Shown piece after piece: positions 23,601 to 36,273 of a DNA stretch of 64,000 nt. Position numbers and translations under genes: made by a program. The DNA comes from Rebecca billardiae RCC1528. Lineage: Eukaryota > Protista > Haptophyta. Location: contig OZ251233.1 of NCBI GenBank assembly GCA_965240325.2, positions 868,001 through 932,000 of the forward strand, read 5' to 3'. The first letter of the stretch is position 1, and each line of letters opens with the position of its first letter. The notes under the pieces are model-generated. The model was given only the letters and a program-made list of their open reading frames with translations. It did no database searches and was not told the DNA's origin.

Positions 23601-24206
23601 GCGGCGCGCAGCGCGTGCGGCGGCTGCATCGGCTCCGAGCTGAGCAGCCGCTCGCCCGACGCCGACAGCAGCTCGAGCGTCGGCCTGCCGTGCGTGCGCG
23701 CCCACGCGCCGGCGAGCAGCAGAGCGCCCTTGATGCACGCGCCCTCGTCCAGAGTCACCGCCGCCGCCTCCACCTCCTGAGCGACGCCGGCGGCGCCGGC
23801 GCCGGCGCCGCTGTGCTGCGCGCCCGGCGCGCCCCCGCCGCCGCCGCCGCCCGCCGCCGCCGCCGAGCGCCAGACGAGCGCGACGCGCGCGGGCCGAAGC
23901 CGCCTCGGCAGGTCTGAGCCCGCCTCCGCCCTCGTCACAAAGTTGGGCGACAGATAGATGCCGGCCAGCGGGCGGCGGAGCTCGGCGGCGGCGGGCGCGA
24001 GCTCGTCCAGCAGGCTGAGCGGCACGAAGCGCGAGCCCGGCGCAGCGGTGAGGTGGCCGACGGACGGCGGCGTGAAGAGTGCCCACTGGCGCATGTGACG
24101 CCGGCGCCAGCGCGCGAACAGCCGCGTCGGCGCCGACGGCGGCGCGCCGCCCGGCTCATCGCCGCCGGATTCGATGGCGGCGCCGAGGTCGCTCACGCCG
24201 CCGCCC

Positions 24207-24237
<31 letters not shown>

Positions 24238-24269
24238 TCGCCGCCTCGGGCCCGCCGCCGCCGCCCGGC

Positions 24270-24300
<31 letters not shown>

Positions 24301-27122
24301 GCGACACCGCGACGCGCTCGGCAAACTCGAGTGCCCGCGCCACCGCTCCCTCGAGCTCTTCCGCGCGGAGGAACGCGCGGAGGAACGGCCGCCAGGGCTC
24401 GAGCTCGGCGCTGAGGCGCTCGCGCAGTGAGGGCTGCGAGACGACGGCGCTGGGCACCTCGACGCGCACGCTGTCGGCGAAGACGCGCACGGACTCGGTC
24501 GCGAGCACGGCGCGCAGCGTCGCGCTGCGCGCCACGTGTTCCGCCGCGCTGCCAAGCCAGAGACCTGCGCTGAACGGCGCGGCGGCGGCGGCGCCGTCGT
24601 CCGCGCCCGCGCCGCCCACGCTCGGGCTTGTTGGCACGGGCGGCGGCGCGGACGAGGGGGGCTGCGGCGACGGCTGCCCGGCGGAGGGCGGCGCGGAGGC
24701 GGCGGCGGGCGCGCCGCCCGCCGCCGCCGGCGCCGCCGCCGCTGCAGCCGGCGCCGCGGGCGGCGGCGGCGTCGCCTCACGCAGCAGCACGACGCGCCCC
24801 TCGCGCGCCGTGCGGATGGCCGCGGCCGCGAGCACTCGGCGGAAGGCAAGCGCGCCCTGCGGCGTCGCGCGCACCGTCGCGGCGAGGACGAGGTCGGCGA
24901 AGGCCGCGGCGAGGCGCGCTGAACCGCGCACGCTCACGAGTCTCTCGTCGAGCGCGTGCGCCCACGTCATCCGGCCGACGGCAACTTCCAGGAAAGTTCC
25001 GACGTCCAGCTCGACGACGGTGACGCCGCCGCCCGCCGGCGGGGGCGCGAGCGCCGCAGACGTGGCGGGCGGCAGCCGCGAGATCGCAGGGCCGGCCGTG
25101 TCGACAATCCAGACGGTGCGCGCGGCCGCGCCGGCGCGCGGCGAGCCACCTGCGCCCGGCCTCGCGCGGAGCGAGACATGGAGCATGGTTGACGTGCCCG
25201 CGGCGCCGCCGCCGCCCGCCGCGCGCAGCGCGCGCAGCCGGCCGCCGTCCGAGCTGAGCAGCTCCCTCGCCGCGGCCAGGATGGCCACCGGGCTGTTGAA
25301 CAGCGTCGGGCCGCCCAGGCCGGCGGCGGGGACGGATGCGCAGGAGGCAGTCCGGCTGATGCTCGGTGGCGACCCCGCTCCGGACGCGCCGCCGCCGACC
25401 GAGCCGCCCGTCGAGGGCGGCGGCGCGCCGAGGCCGGCGCCGGGCCCCTGCCGCGCGCCGCCGGCACCGCCACAGCCGGGAGGCGCCGCGGTGGCGCCGA
25501 ATCGGGAGAAGGCGCGGGGCGAGCCGCCGGCTCGGAGGTGGTGGCTCGGCTCGGCGAGCGGCGGCGCGCCCGGCGGCGCAAACAACGAGCCGCCCATTGG
25601 GCCGAGCTCGAGTCCCCACTCCGCCGCGGCGGTGCGGTCGACGCTCGCCAGTGCGGCGTGCAGCGCGCGCGCGTGCAGACCGCCGACCGACCCGCCGCCG
25701 CCGCCGCCGAGGCCGCCCAAGCCGCCGCCGAACCCGCCGGTGAGCGCGCCGTCCGCCGCCGCGGCCTCGTCCGCCAGCAGCTCCGCGTCTGAGGCCGTGC
25801 GCACGCCCGGCGGCGGGCCGAACTCGCGCAGCACCTCGCGCAGCGCGTGCAGGCGGATCGCGTCGGCGCGGGCTGCTGCGTCGGTCAGCAGCCCGCCGCC
25901 GCCGCCACCGCCTCGGCTCTCGAGCCACAGCGGCGCGGCGCCGGGCGCGGCACCGGCAGGCAGCGCGCGGCGCAGCGAGTGGAGCAATAGCGCGCGCCAC
26001 GACTGCCAGCCGCGCGGGCGCGGCACCGTCTCGGGCAGCGTGGCGCACGCGCGCACGGCAAGCGCGAGCGCATGCTCAGCACTCGTCACGTGCGCATACA
26101 CCGCGGCGGCTGACTGGCCGTGCGCGGCGCGCGCGCGCGCCGCGGCGCGTGCCGCCGCGCCGCCGCCCACCGCCGCCATCGCCTCCGCCGCGCGCGCGGG
26201 CGCGACGAGCACCTCGTCGACCAGCGCGACGTGCGAGAGGTCCTCGCCGCCGACGAACGGCGACCAGAACAGCGGCGCGGCGGGCAGGCGGCCGGCGGCG
26301 CCGTCGCCCACACGGCGCCGCGCGTCGGCGAGCGTCGGCGGCGGCTCGGCGGCTGTGAGGGACAGCAGATAGGCGATGGCCGAGCTGCGCGCCGGGTCGC
26401 GCGCGCGGTTCTCGGCGAAGCGCGCCGCGTGCTCCCGCTCGGCGCGTAGCGAGTTGCGCAGCACCCAGCGCAGCACCTCGACGAGCTCGAGCGCTCGCTG
26501 CGCCTCTGCCGGGCTCGGCGCGTCGGCGGGCGCGCCCGCGCGCGGTGCGCCGCCCGCCGCGCCGCCGCCGGAGCCGCCGCCGCCGCCGCAGCGCGCGCCC
26601 GGCCGCGCGCCCGCGCCCGCGGCGGCGCGCGCGGCGGCGGCGCGGCGCTCTCGCGCGCCGTCCGCCGCGGCGGCGTCGGCGACGCTGCGCTGCACCTCGG
26701 GCACGAGCAGCACGGTCAGCGTCTGCCCCGCGCCGAGCGAGCGCAGCCGCCACGCGCCGCGCGTATACTCCTGGGCCGTGCTGGTGCGCGCGAGCGTGAG
26801 CGCGGCGCGGGCGTCGGGCGGCAGCGGGACGTCGACGCCGGCGGTGTGCAGGTGGTCGAGGAAGACGAAGCGGCGCGCGGGCGGCACGCCGCACCGCTCC
26901 GCGGCCACCGCCGGCCCGCCCGAGCGCAGCACGGCCATCAGCGCGTGCGTCGAGGGCTCGACGAACACGCACGCTTCGCAGCCGCGCAGGCCGCGCCGCA
27001 GCAGCGTGCGCGCCACGCCTTCGTTCGAGATGCCGACGACGAGGGCGCCGGCGTCGATGAGCGCGGAGAGCACGGGCGCGTCCGCGCCGCCGCCTGCGCC
27101 GCCGCCGCCGCCGCCGCCTGCG

Positions 27123-27161
<39 letters not shown>

Positions 27162-28013
27162 AGCGGCGACGCTCCGTGCGCGTCGCCGGCCGCGCCGGCC
27201 GCGCCGGCCGCGCCGCCGCCGCCGCCCGCGCGCGCCAGACTGACGTCAAAGTCGGCGATGGAGGCGGAGGCGACGAGCGCGAGGAGCTTGAGGCTGGACC
27301 ACGGCGCGGCGACGCGGAGCAGCCGCACCACGCGCGGGTCCGCGAGCGCACGCACGCTCCGCGCGTCGGGGTGGCCTAGGCTCGCACACGGCGCCATGCG
27401 CTCAGGCAGTAGCTCCGGAGCGGCGGCGCTGAGCCCGAGGGTGCGCGAGAAGAGCATGGCGGACGCGAGCTCGTACCCGTGCGCGGAGAGCGTGGTGGAC
27501 GCGACGCCACCGCGCCGCGCGGCCGAGCGCGCGCCGCTCTCGCCCTCGTCGCCGCCGGCTTCACCCGCCTCCGAGCCGGCGGCCGCGGCCGCGGCCGATG
27601 CGCCGCCGCTGCCGTCCGAGCGCGCGGCCGCCGACGCCGCCGCGCCGCCGCCGTCGTCGTCGCCGCCGCCGTCATCGTCGTCGCCGCCGCCGCCGCCGAG
27701 CGTCTCGAGGAAGACGAGGCGGAGGTGCTCGGCGATCACGAGCGGCTCGCGCGCGAGCAGCTCGTGCACGCGCGCCAGCTCGACGCCGTCGTCGAGGTCG
27801 AGCAGCTCGAGCGAGCCGAGCGCTGCCGCCGAGCCGGCGGCGGCGGCGGCGGCGGCAGCGGCGGTTTGTGCTGAGAGCGGCGCCGAGGCGGCGGCGTTGG
27901 CGCGGCCCGCGGGCGCGCCACCGCCGCCGCCGGGCGCGGCGGGATTGGGCGGCGCGCCGCGCGAGCACGCGCTGTCCGCCGTGTCCGCGCGCGGCCCTAT
28001 GCCGCCGCCACCG

Positions 28014-28092
<79 letters not shown>

Positions 28093-31000
28093 TGCCGCCG
28101 GCCCCGCTCTCGCCCGCGGCGCGCGCGAGCGCGGCGTGGACCCACGCGCGGAACGTCTGCGCCGCGGGCCTCGCGGGCAGCGGCCCCGACTGCAGCGCGA
28201 GCTGGCTCAGCAGGCGGCCGAGCAGCGCGCGCGTGTCCGACGGCCGAAGCCCCTCCGTGTGATACGCAAGGACAGTCATCGCGATCGCCACGTCCGGAAC
28301 GGCAAACTCGGAGCGGAGCGCCGGGGTGTCCTTCCCTTCGAACGGGACGGCGAGCAGCGCGCGCGAGCGCGGCAGCTCGGCGAACGGGTCGCGCGCGCGC
28401 GCGCCCGCGCCGTGCCCAGCCCCGCCGCCGCCGCCGGCCGCGCCGTGGGCCGCGCCGCCAATCCCCGCGCCGCGCCGCTCGAGCCTTCGACGCTCGTCGA
28501 GCGACCTCGCGTCCGCCTCCTGCACGAGGCCGTAGTCGATGCGCTCGCGCTTCGAGAGCGCGTGCGGGAGCAGCCGCCACAGCCACTGCCGCGTGAGGTT
28601 GAGGTGCGCGAGCGCGAGCGCGCCCAGCCCGTGCGCGCGGTACTTGAGCTTGCCCGGCGAAGTCTCGAGCAGAAAGGCCACGCAGGCAGACTCGCCGCGC
28701 GACGCGGCGCCGCCGAGCCGGAGGTAGACCCAGCGCGCGGCCCACGCGGCGAGCGGCGGGAGCAGGCGCTGCTGGTAGAACGGCACGTCGAGGAGGAGCA
28801 CGCCCAGCCCCGCCGGCGGGCCGAGCACCAGCTTCGCGCGCTCCACGCCGTCGACGAGCGCAGATGCAATCTCGGCCAGGGACGGGTGTCGCAGCGCGCC
28901 GGCCGTGTGCTGCAGGTAGAGCGGCACTAAGCCGCCGCCGCCGCCGTCGGCGCCGCCGAGCCCGGCGGGCGCGTGGTGCACGGAGGCGGAGGAGAGCTGC
29001 GAGACGAGCGGCGGCGGCGGCCGCGCCGCCGCGCCCGGCGGCCCGTGCCCCAGCGTCGGCCCGAGCAACGGGAGCGACGGGCGGCGCCCGCCCGCGGCCG
29101 CGAGCGACGACGGAGCCGACGCGCCGCCTCCGCCGCCCGCGCGGCCGGCGGCGCCCGCGCCGCTGTGCCGCGCGCCAAAGGAGCCCCGCTGCGAGGGCGC
29201 GCGCTCGGCGCCCGCGCCCGCCTCGCCCCCGCGGCTCGGCGCGCCCGCGCCCACCGCCAGCCCCGCGCCGACCGAGAGGCCATCCAGGAAGAACAGCGGC
29301 AGCTCGGCGCGAGCGCTGAGCATCGGCAGCGGCGAGCGCGCACCCACTGGATACGTGAGCTGGGAGGTGGTGGGGCGGAGCTGGAGGTCGACCTCGTCGA
29401 CGAGCGCGACGGCGGCGGTGCGCAGCGTGCGCAGCACGTCCGCCGCGAGCCGCGACTCCTCCGCGTGCGCCGCCGCCGCCTCGGCCGCGGGCGCGAGCAG
29501 CGCGCGCAGCGCGGGTGCCGTGCAGCGCGCGGCGGCGGATGTGCCCGGAGCGGCGCGCGCGAGGTCGGCGCGCGCGGCGGCGGCGGCGCGCTCGAGGTCG
29601 GGCGCGCCGAGCAGCGGCGTGAGCGTCGCCTCGGCCGAGAGCATGTGCACGCACTTGAGCAGCAGCGCCTTGGGCACGCCCGCCGTCGTCGTGATCACCG
29701 CGCGCGCGGCCATCGCGCGCCGCAGCCGCGCGCGCAGTCGCGCGAGCCCGGCGCGCGAGTCCACCGCCGAGCCGCGCTCAAAGGCGAGGGCCTCGACGCG
29801 CCTGGGGAGCAGCGCGGAGAAGGTGGCGCGGAGCGAGGCGCGCGTCTGCGCGAGCAGCGGCTCGGGCGTCACGGTGAGCACCGCCGTGCCGCCGTCCGCG
29901 AGCAGCAGCGCCAGCAGCGGCGCCAACACGGACGTCTTGCCCTCGCCCGCGCCGAGTTGCAGGCAGGCGGATGCGCCGTGCTGCGCCTTCTTGGCGAGCG
30001 CGCGCGCGGCCTCGACCTGCGGCGCGCGCAGGATGAGCCGCGCCGCCGTCTCGAACGCGAGGAAGCGCGGGTCGAACACCACGCGGCAGTTGGGCGCGCG
30101 CGCGCCCACCATGGTGACGTGCTGCCATCGCGCGTCGAGCGCGCCCGCCAGTGCCTCCGCCGCGCGCTCCAGTGCGGCGAGCGCGCGCGCCGTCGCGCCC
30201 GCGGGCTCGTCCGACGCGCGGCTCGCGGCCCAGCCGGGCGGCGGCACGTCGAGCACGCGCACCGTGTTCGCGCCCGAGCCGTCCGCGCCGCCGCCGCTCC
30301 CGCCGCTCGGCCGCGCCGGGTGCACGGCGCGGCGCGCGGCGCCGACGCGCGCCAGCAGCCGACGCTGCGCCACCGAGCCGCCCACACTCTCCCGGGCGGC
30401 GCGCGCGGCGGCGGCCATCTGCTCGGCGGTGGAGGGCTTGAGCGTGCTGCGGTGCAGCTCGCGCGGCGGCGAGCCCGGCGAGCCCGGTGCGCCGCCGCCG
30501 CCGCCGCCGCCTGCGGCCGGCGCGCCGCCGTCGGCCGACGCGGCCGCGTCCGCGGGCGCGCGCCCGAGGCCGAGCGCGCGCCGCGCCGCCACCTCCTCGA
30601 AGCCGCACTCGTGCAGCGCGCCGTACGCGACAGCGGCGAGGACGTGCGCGCCCTCCTGCGCGAGCGCGGGCTCGGACGCCAGCTCGGCGCTCAGCTGCTC
30701 GAGCGCGAGGCACATCCCGCGCAGCCGCACGGCCGCGTCCACCGCGTGGCACCCAGAGTCGTCGAGCGCCGCCGCCAGCATGGCCGCCGTCGGCCGCGGC
30801 AGCGAGGCCTCGCGCCGGAAGCGCGCGGCGAAGTGCTCGCGGGTGGCGGCCTCGGCGAGCGTGAGCGCGCGCGCGCGCGCGGCGCGCGCGAGCGCCGCCG
30901 CCCTGCCCGCGTGCCGCGCGCGCGCCGAGTGAAAGGCTCCCGCGGCCGTGTGCGCGAGCACACCCGCCGCGTCCGCGCCCGGCCGAAGCGCTTTGAGGTC

Positions 31001-34000
31001 GTCCTCGCCCGCCGAGCTCATCAGCGCGCCGAGGAGGAAGGCGAAGGAGGGGCGCGCGCGCGGCGCGGGCGCGCCGAGCCCGCCGCCGCCGCCGCCGCCC
31101 GCCATCGCGTCGCGCGCGCGCTCGATGCGCTCGAGCGCGCGCCGCCCGTCATAGCAGCGGACCTCATCGAGCTGGCGCGCGATCGAGCCGAGGCGCGCGA
31201 TCACGCGCGCGAGCACCGCCGCGTCGGTGGTGGGCGGGCGGAGGCCGTCCGCCCACGCGACGCGGCGGAGGCGCTTGAGCTCGGTCTCGCGCCGCAGGAA
31301 CGCCAGCTGCGCGCCGGCCGTTGGCCGGTGCCGCGTCAAGTCGCGCCCGAGCCGATTGACGAAACCGACCTCCGAGTCGCCCGCGTCCGCTCGCAAGAGG
31401 CCGTCCAGGATGGTGGACGCGTCGACGTGCGAGCCGCCCGTGGCGGCGGTGGGGTGCGGCTGCGGCGGCGGCGGCGCGGTGAGCGGCGCGTCCATCGTCA
31501 CGAGGCACGCGAGCAGCAGCGGCGCGCCCGACGACTCGGCGCTGGCGCCGCCCGCGCGCGCGCCGCGCTGCGCGCCGCCCGCCACCGCGCGCGGCGTCTC
31601 GCGCGGCGTCGAGAAGAGCGCAAACTGGTCGTCGTCGGGGGAGCGCCACTGCGCGCGGCGGCGGCGGCGGGGGGCGAGGGAAGGAGAGATGTCGTCGCGC
31701 GGCGCGGGAGCGGGCGCGCGCGTGAGCACGACGTGGCGCGGGCCGCGCGCTCGGGTGGCGGCGGCGCGGCTGGCGCGCGGCGCCATCCGCGCGGCCGCGC
31801 GCACACCGCCAGGCTGCGCATGTCGAGGGAGAAGACGCTCCTGGCGCTGTCGGTGAGCGCGGGGCGCGCGCGCGCCGCGCCGCCGCCGCCGAGCACGCCC
31901 GAGAGCACCGGCGCGCGCGGCGGCGGCAGGCGCAGCGCGCGCGGCGGCGGCGGCGGCGGCGGCAGCTCAGCCTCTGCCGCCTCGGCCGCGGCGCGCGCGA
32001 CCGCGCACACGCGCCGCGCCCACTCGAGGACGATGGCGGCGGCGCGGCCGTGCGGCCTCGGCCAGAAGGGGACGCCGTGCAGCAGCGGCCCGAGCACCAG
32101 CCCCTCGAGCGCGCGCTCGCGCACGGGGAACACCGGCCAGCGCAGCCGCGCCGCGGCCGCGCTCGGCCGCAAAGCGCTTGCTACACCGACAAGAGCTGCC
32201 AGCGCTCCAACCTCGAAAGGTGCGGCGGGCGAGTCGACGTCTGCGCCGAGCGGCTCGGCGCCGCACGCGGCGACGATGCTCTCGCGCGCGGCGAGCGCGA
32301 AGAACGAGCGCGTCGCGCCCGACACCGAGCGCACCTCGAGCGCGTCCGCCGCGCCGAGCGCGATTGTCCGCGCCGCCGCCGCCAGCGTCTCGCCATCGAC
32401 GGCGTCGCCGTCGTCGCCGCCCGCGCGCGCCGCGGCCGCGCCGCCGTCGGCGCTGCCCGCGGCGGCGGCGGCGCGCGGCTGCGCGCCCAGGGCGAGCGCG
32501 CGGCGCTTGCGCGCCTCGAAGCCGCTCTCACACCCGCCGCCGCCGCCCTCCTCCTCGCCCGCACCGCCCCCCGCACCGAACGGCACGCCGCCGCCGCCGC
32601 TGCCGCCGCCGCCGAGTGCTCGCGCCGCCGCCGCCGCCGAGCGGTGCTCGGCGGCGGCGGCGGCGGGCCGTGCGGGCGCGGAGGACGCGAGGCTGGCCGT
32701 GTCGAGCGCCGACTCGGCGCGCGCGGCGTCGGCGGGGGTGAGCTGCAGCAACACCGCGCCGGTGAGGCAGTCGTACGCGAACGGCAGCCCCAGCTCCGTC
32801 TGCCCGCCCGCCGCGCGCGAGCGTACCTCGGGCGGAGGGATGAGCGCTCCGCGCGCGCGCGCGCGTGTGCACGCCGCGACGGCCTCGACCGGCGCGAGAT
32901 TGCGATCTGGCGGGATGTACCGGAGGAGCGGCGGCAGCGGGAGGGCGGAGCGCAGGCTGCCCTCGGCGAGCCAGCGCCGCCGGCGCGCGGCGTGCCCCTC
33001 CTCCTCCGCCTCCTCCTCGCCCTCCTCCTCCGCCTCCGGCTCCTCCTCCAGCCGACGCGTCGCGTACGCCACAGCAGACGCGCGCCGCGAGCGCAGCTCG
33101 GCGCGCGCGGCCGGCGGCGTGCGCACCGCCTCGGACCACGCGCTCAGCTTCGAGACGCCGGCGCGGTTGATCGCGGCGACGGCGAAGCGGTACTCGGTGT
33201 CGTGCTCGAGCTGGTGCACGTGCCAGGACTGCTGCGCGCCGGGCGTGCACGGCGAGTACGTGTGCGCGGTCACAACGCGCTCGAGCTCAAGGAACTCTGG
33301 CAGGGCCGCCGCCGCGCCCGCCGCGCCCGCCGCGCCGCCGCCGCCGCCGAGCAGCAGCGCGTGCAGGTTGAGCGTGCGCGCGTGCGCGCGCGCGTGCGCC
33401 GCGCTCGAGAAGAGCACAGACGCCTCGCCCGACGCGGCGCGGGCCAGCGAGACGGCGACGATGCCGCCGTCGTCGTCCGCGCCCGCCGCGCCGCCGCCGC
33501 CAAGCGCGAGCGGCGCCGCCGCGCCGCCCGCGCCGAAGAGCGCGCGCACCGCGGCCTCGCTGGCGGGCGCGGGCAGCCCTCGCACGGTGACGACCGCGCC
33601 CGGCTCGTGCGCGCGCCCAAAGTGCGCGGCCGCCTGCGCGCCCGCGCCGAGCTGCGCGCGCGCGCTGGCGCCGCCGGCCAGCCTGTGCGCGCGCGCCTGC
33701 AGCAACTCCCAGCCGCGCTGCTGCGCCGCCAGCGCCGCGCCGCCGTCGGCGCCGCCGTCCGCGCCGCCGCCGAGCAGCACACTTCGCACCAGCACGCGCC
33801 GCAGGCTCGAGATCCGAAAGCCCTCAATCGCAGCGTGGCCGTCGCTCGAGGGCGCGCGGAACAGCAGGCGCACGCGGCGCGCGCGCGCGCCCAAGATCCG
33901 GCCCCACTCGGAGGCGGGCTGAGCGGGCGCGGCGCTCGGTTGTCCGGGCTGCGGCGGCGCGCGCGCCTCAAAGGCGGACTCGAGCGCGCCGAGCTGCCGC

Positions 34001-34125
34001 GGCAGCGCGCGCACGTACGCGCCCACCACGCCGCCGCCGGGCAGGTTGTGCTCCGCATGCGCCGGCACCCACCGCGCCGCGCCGCCGCCCGCGCCGCCCT
34101 CCCCGCCGCCCTCGCCGCCGCCCTC

Positions 34126-34186
<61 letters not shown>

Positions 34187-36238
34187 GCGCACAGGTCGGC
34201 GCACAGCCTGCGCGCGCGCGCGCGCTCGCGCGCCGTGAGCTGCGCCTCCTCGCTCAGCATCCCCGCCAGCTCGTCGAGCCGCTCGAGCTCGCGAGGCGCG
34301 TCGATGCGCGCGCCGAGGCCGTGCGAATCGCAGTCGGCGCACGCGAGAAGCAGCCTCAGCTTGAGCGAACAAAAGTCCGGGTGGTGTCCGGGGTGCTCGA
34401 GCAGGTTGGCGAGGATGGCGGCGCACACCTCGTCGAGCGGCGTGCTACTCGGTAGCAGCTCGACCAATCGGTGCGCCTCCGCCCACCGCCCCGCGTACGC
34501 GTACACGCACATCAGGTAGAGCGTCGCGCGCGTGTCCGCCGGAAGCAGCGCCGCTCCGGAGTCGTGCACCGGAATAAAGAAGCAGCGCACCGCCGAGCGC
34601 ACGGCGCGGCGCCACTCATCGGCGGGCTCGGAGAGCGGCGCGGCGCGCGCGGCGTGCAGCGCGCTCGGCGTGTCAAAATCATAGTCGGCGCACACCGGCA
34701 GCCCGCCCACCCGCCGCGCGACGAGCCGCTCCGCGCCCAGCACCATCGTCAGGGCGCCGTCGTCCGCCTGCAGGAAGACGCAGTGCCGGATGCCGTGCGC
34801 GAGCGCGCGCAGCCCCGGTGCCGCGCCCCAGTCCGGCAGCAGGAAGGCGCCCGCGTGCTCGCGGCACTGCAGCCGGTGCTCCGAGTCAGACTCGAACGAG
34901 AGACCGGCGTGCGCGAGCTGCACGAGCGACACCTCGACCAGAGGGCCAGACCCCATACGCTCGGCGTCCGCGGCCGTGCGACTGTCTACGATCGAGCGCG
35001 ACCACACGAGGACGTGCGAGGCGCAGCCGGCGGTGAGGCGCGCGAGGTGGCGGACCAGCGTGTCGCACAGCCCGCCGCGCGGCGTGCGCGTCGTGTCGAG
35101 CAGCGTCAGAACGCCGTCGCCGCCCAGCCCCGCCGCGTGCACCTCGCGCGCGCGGCGCGCGCCCGCGGGGCCGTGCGCCGCGCCCGGCGCCGCGGCGGTC
35201 GAGTCTGTGTGGGGAGATGCAATCTCGCGCGCCTCGTGGTACGGGACGAGGTGGACGAGGGCGAGCGCGCCGGACGCGCGCGGCTCGTGCGCGCGCGCCG
35301 AGCCCGCCGACTCCGCGCCCGCCGCGAGCCGCCGCCCCGCGCCCTCCGCGCCGCCGCCACCCGCGTCCGCCGCGTCCCCCGCGCCTTCGCTCTCGCCTTT
35401 GGCCGTGAGCTCTGCCGGCGCCAGCGGCAGACACTCGATCAGCAGGCAGCGGTCTGAGAACCACTCGCGGCCGAGCGGCGAGATGGAGCCGTGCGCGCTG
35501 AACTCGTGCACCTCGGCGGCGCGCTGTGCGCGGTGGTAGTCCGCGCGCACGAAGCCCCACAGCAGCGTGTGCGCCTCGTGCGCCGGCAGGCCGTCGGCGC
35601 CGCCGTCCGCGCCGCCGTCCGCGCCGCCGTCCGCGCCGCGGGCGCCGCCGCCGCCGCCCGCGCCGCCGCCCGCGCCGACCGCCGCGCGCCGACCGCCGCG
35701 CGCGGCGGCGGCGGCGGCGGCGCCCGCGGCCCCACCGCCCGCGCGCGCGTCCGCGCCGCCTCCCTCGTCCCTCCACACGTCGAACACCTCCAGCAGCGCC
35801 GCGGGCAGCAGGCCGCAGAGTGTCGCAGTGGGCACGTACGCCTGCGCGCGCGCGTGCAGCCGATGCGCGTCGCGCACCGCCTGCGGCATCCGCTCGCCGA
35901 GGCGCGCGAGCGCGAGCTCCTGCGAACGGCGCTGCGTCTCAGTAGTCTCGCGCGTGATCACCAGCTCCGAGCCGCGCGGCGCGTGCGCCGCGCCGCGCGC
36001 GTCAAAGTAGGGCAGGAGCGGCGCGCCGCGCGCGTGCCGCATCGAGCTGAGACGCGGCGCCTGCGCCATCGCGAGGGGCTCGAGCGCCGCCTGCTCGACG
36101 TGGAAGAGGCCCGTGTCGCACAGCCCGTGCGACGCGCTCGCGTCCGAGGTGAAGACGAGGCAGCGCTGCAGCGACGGCCCCCACCAGTGCAGCAAACAGA
36201 TCTCGAGCAGCGGAGATTGGTGCGCGCGAGAAACTCTC

Positions 36239-36273
<35 letters not shown>

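Noticed and set aside
12620-31804. Treating the 6394-aa and 4348-aa ORFs as two genes or a programmed frameshift
   Set aside because: The overlap contains a phase-compatible GT-AG intron with the same signals as other introns here, the downstream ORF begins at a GTG inside that intron, and no slippery site was seen.
28973-33922. 1649-aa plus-strand ORF and the many other long overlapping ORFs
   Set aside because: Arg/Ala/Ser/Pro-rich antisense or off-frame shadows expected at this GC content; no motifs, while the opposite strand carries clear domains.
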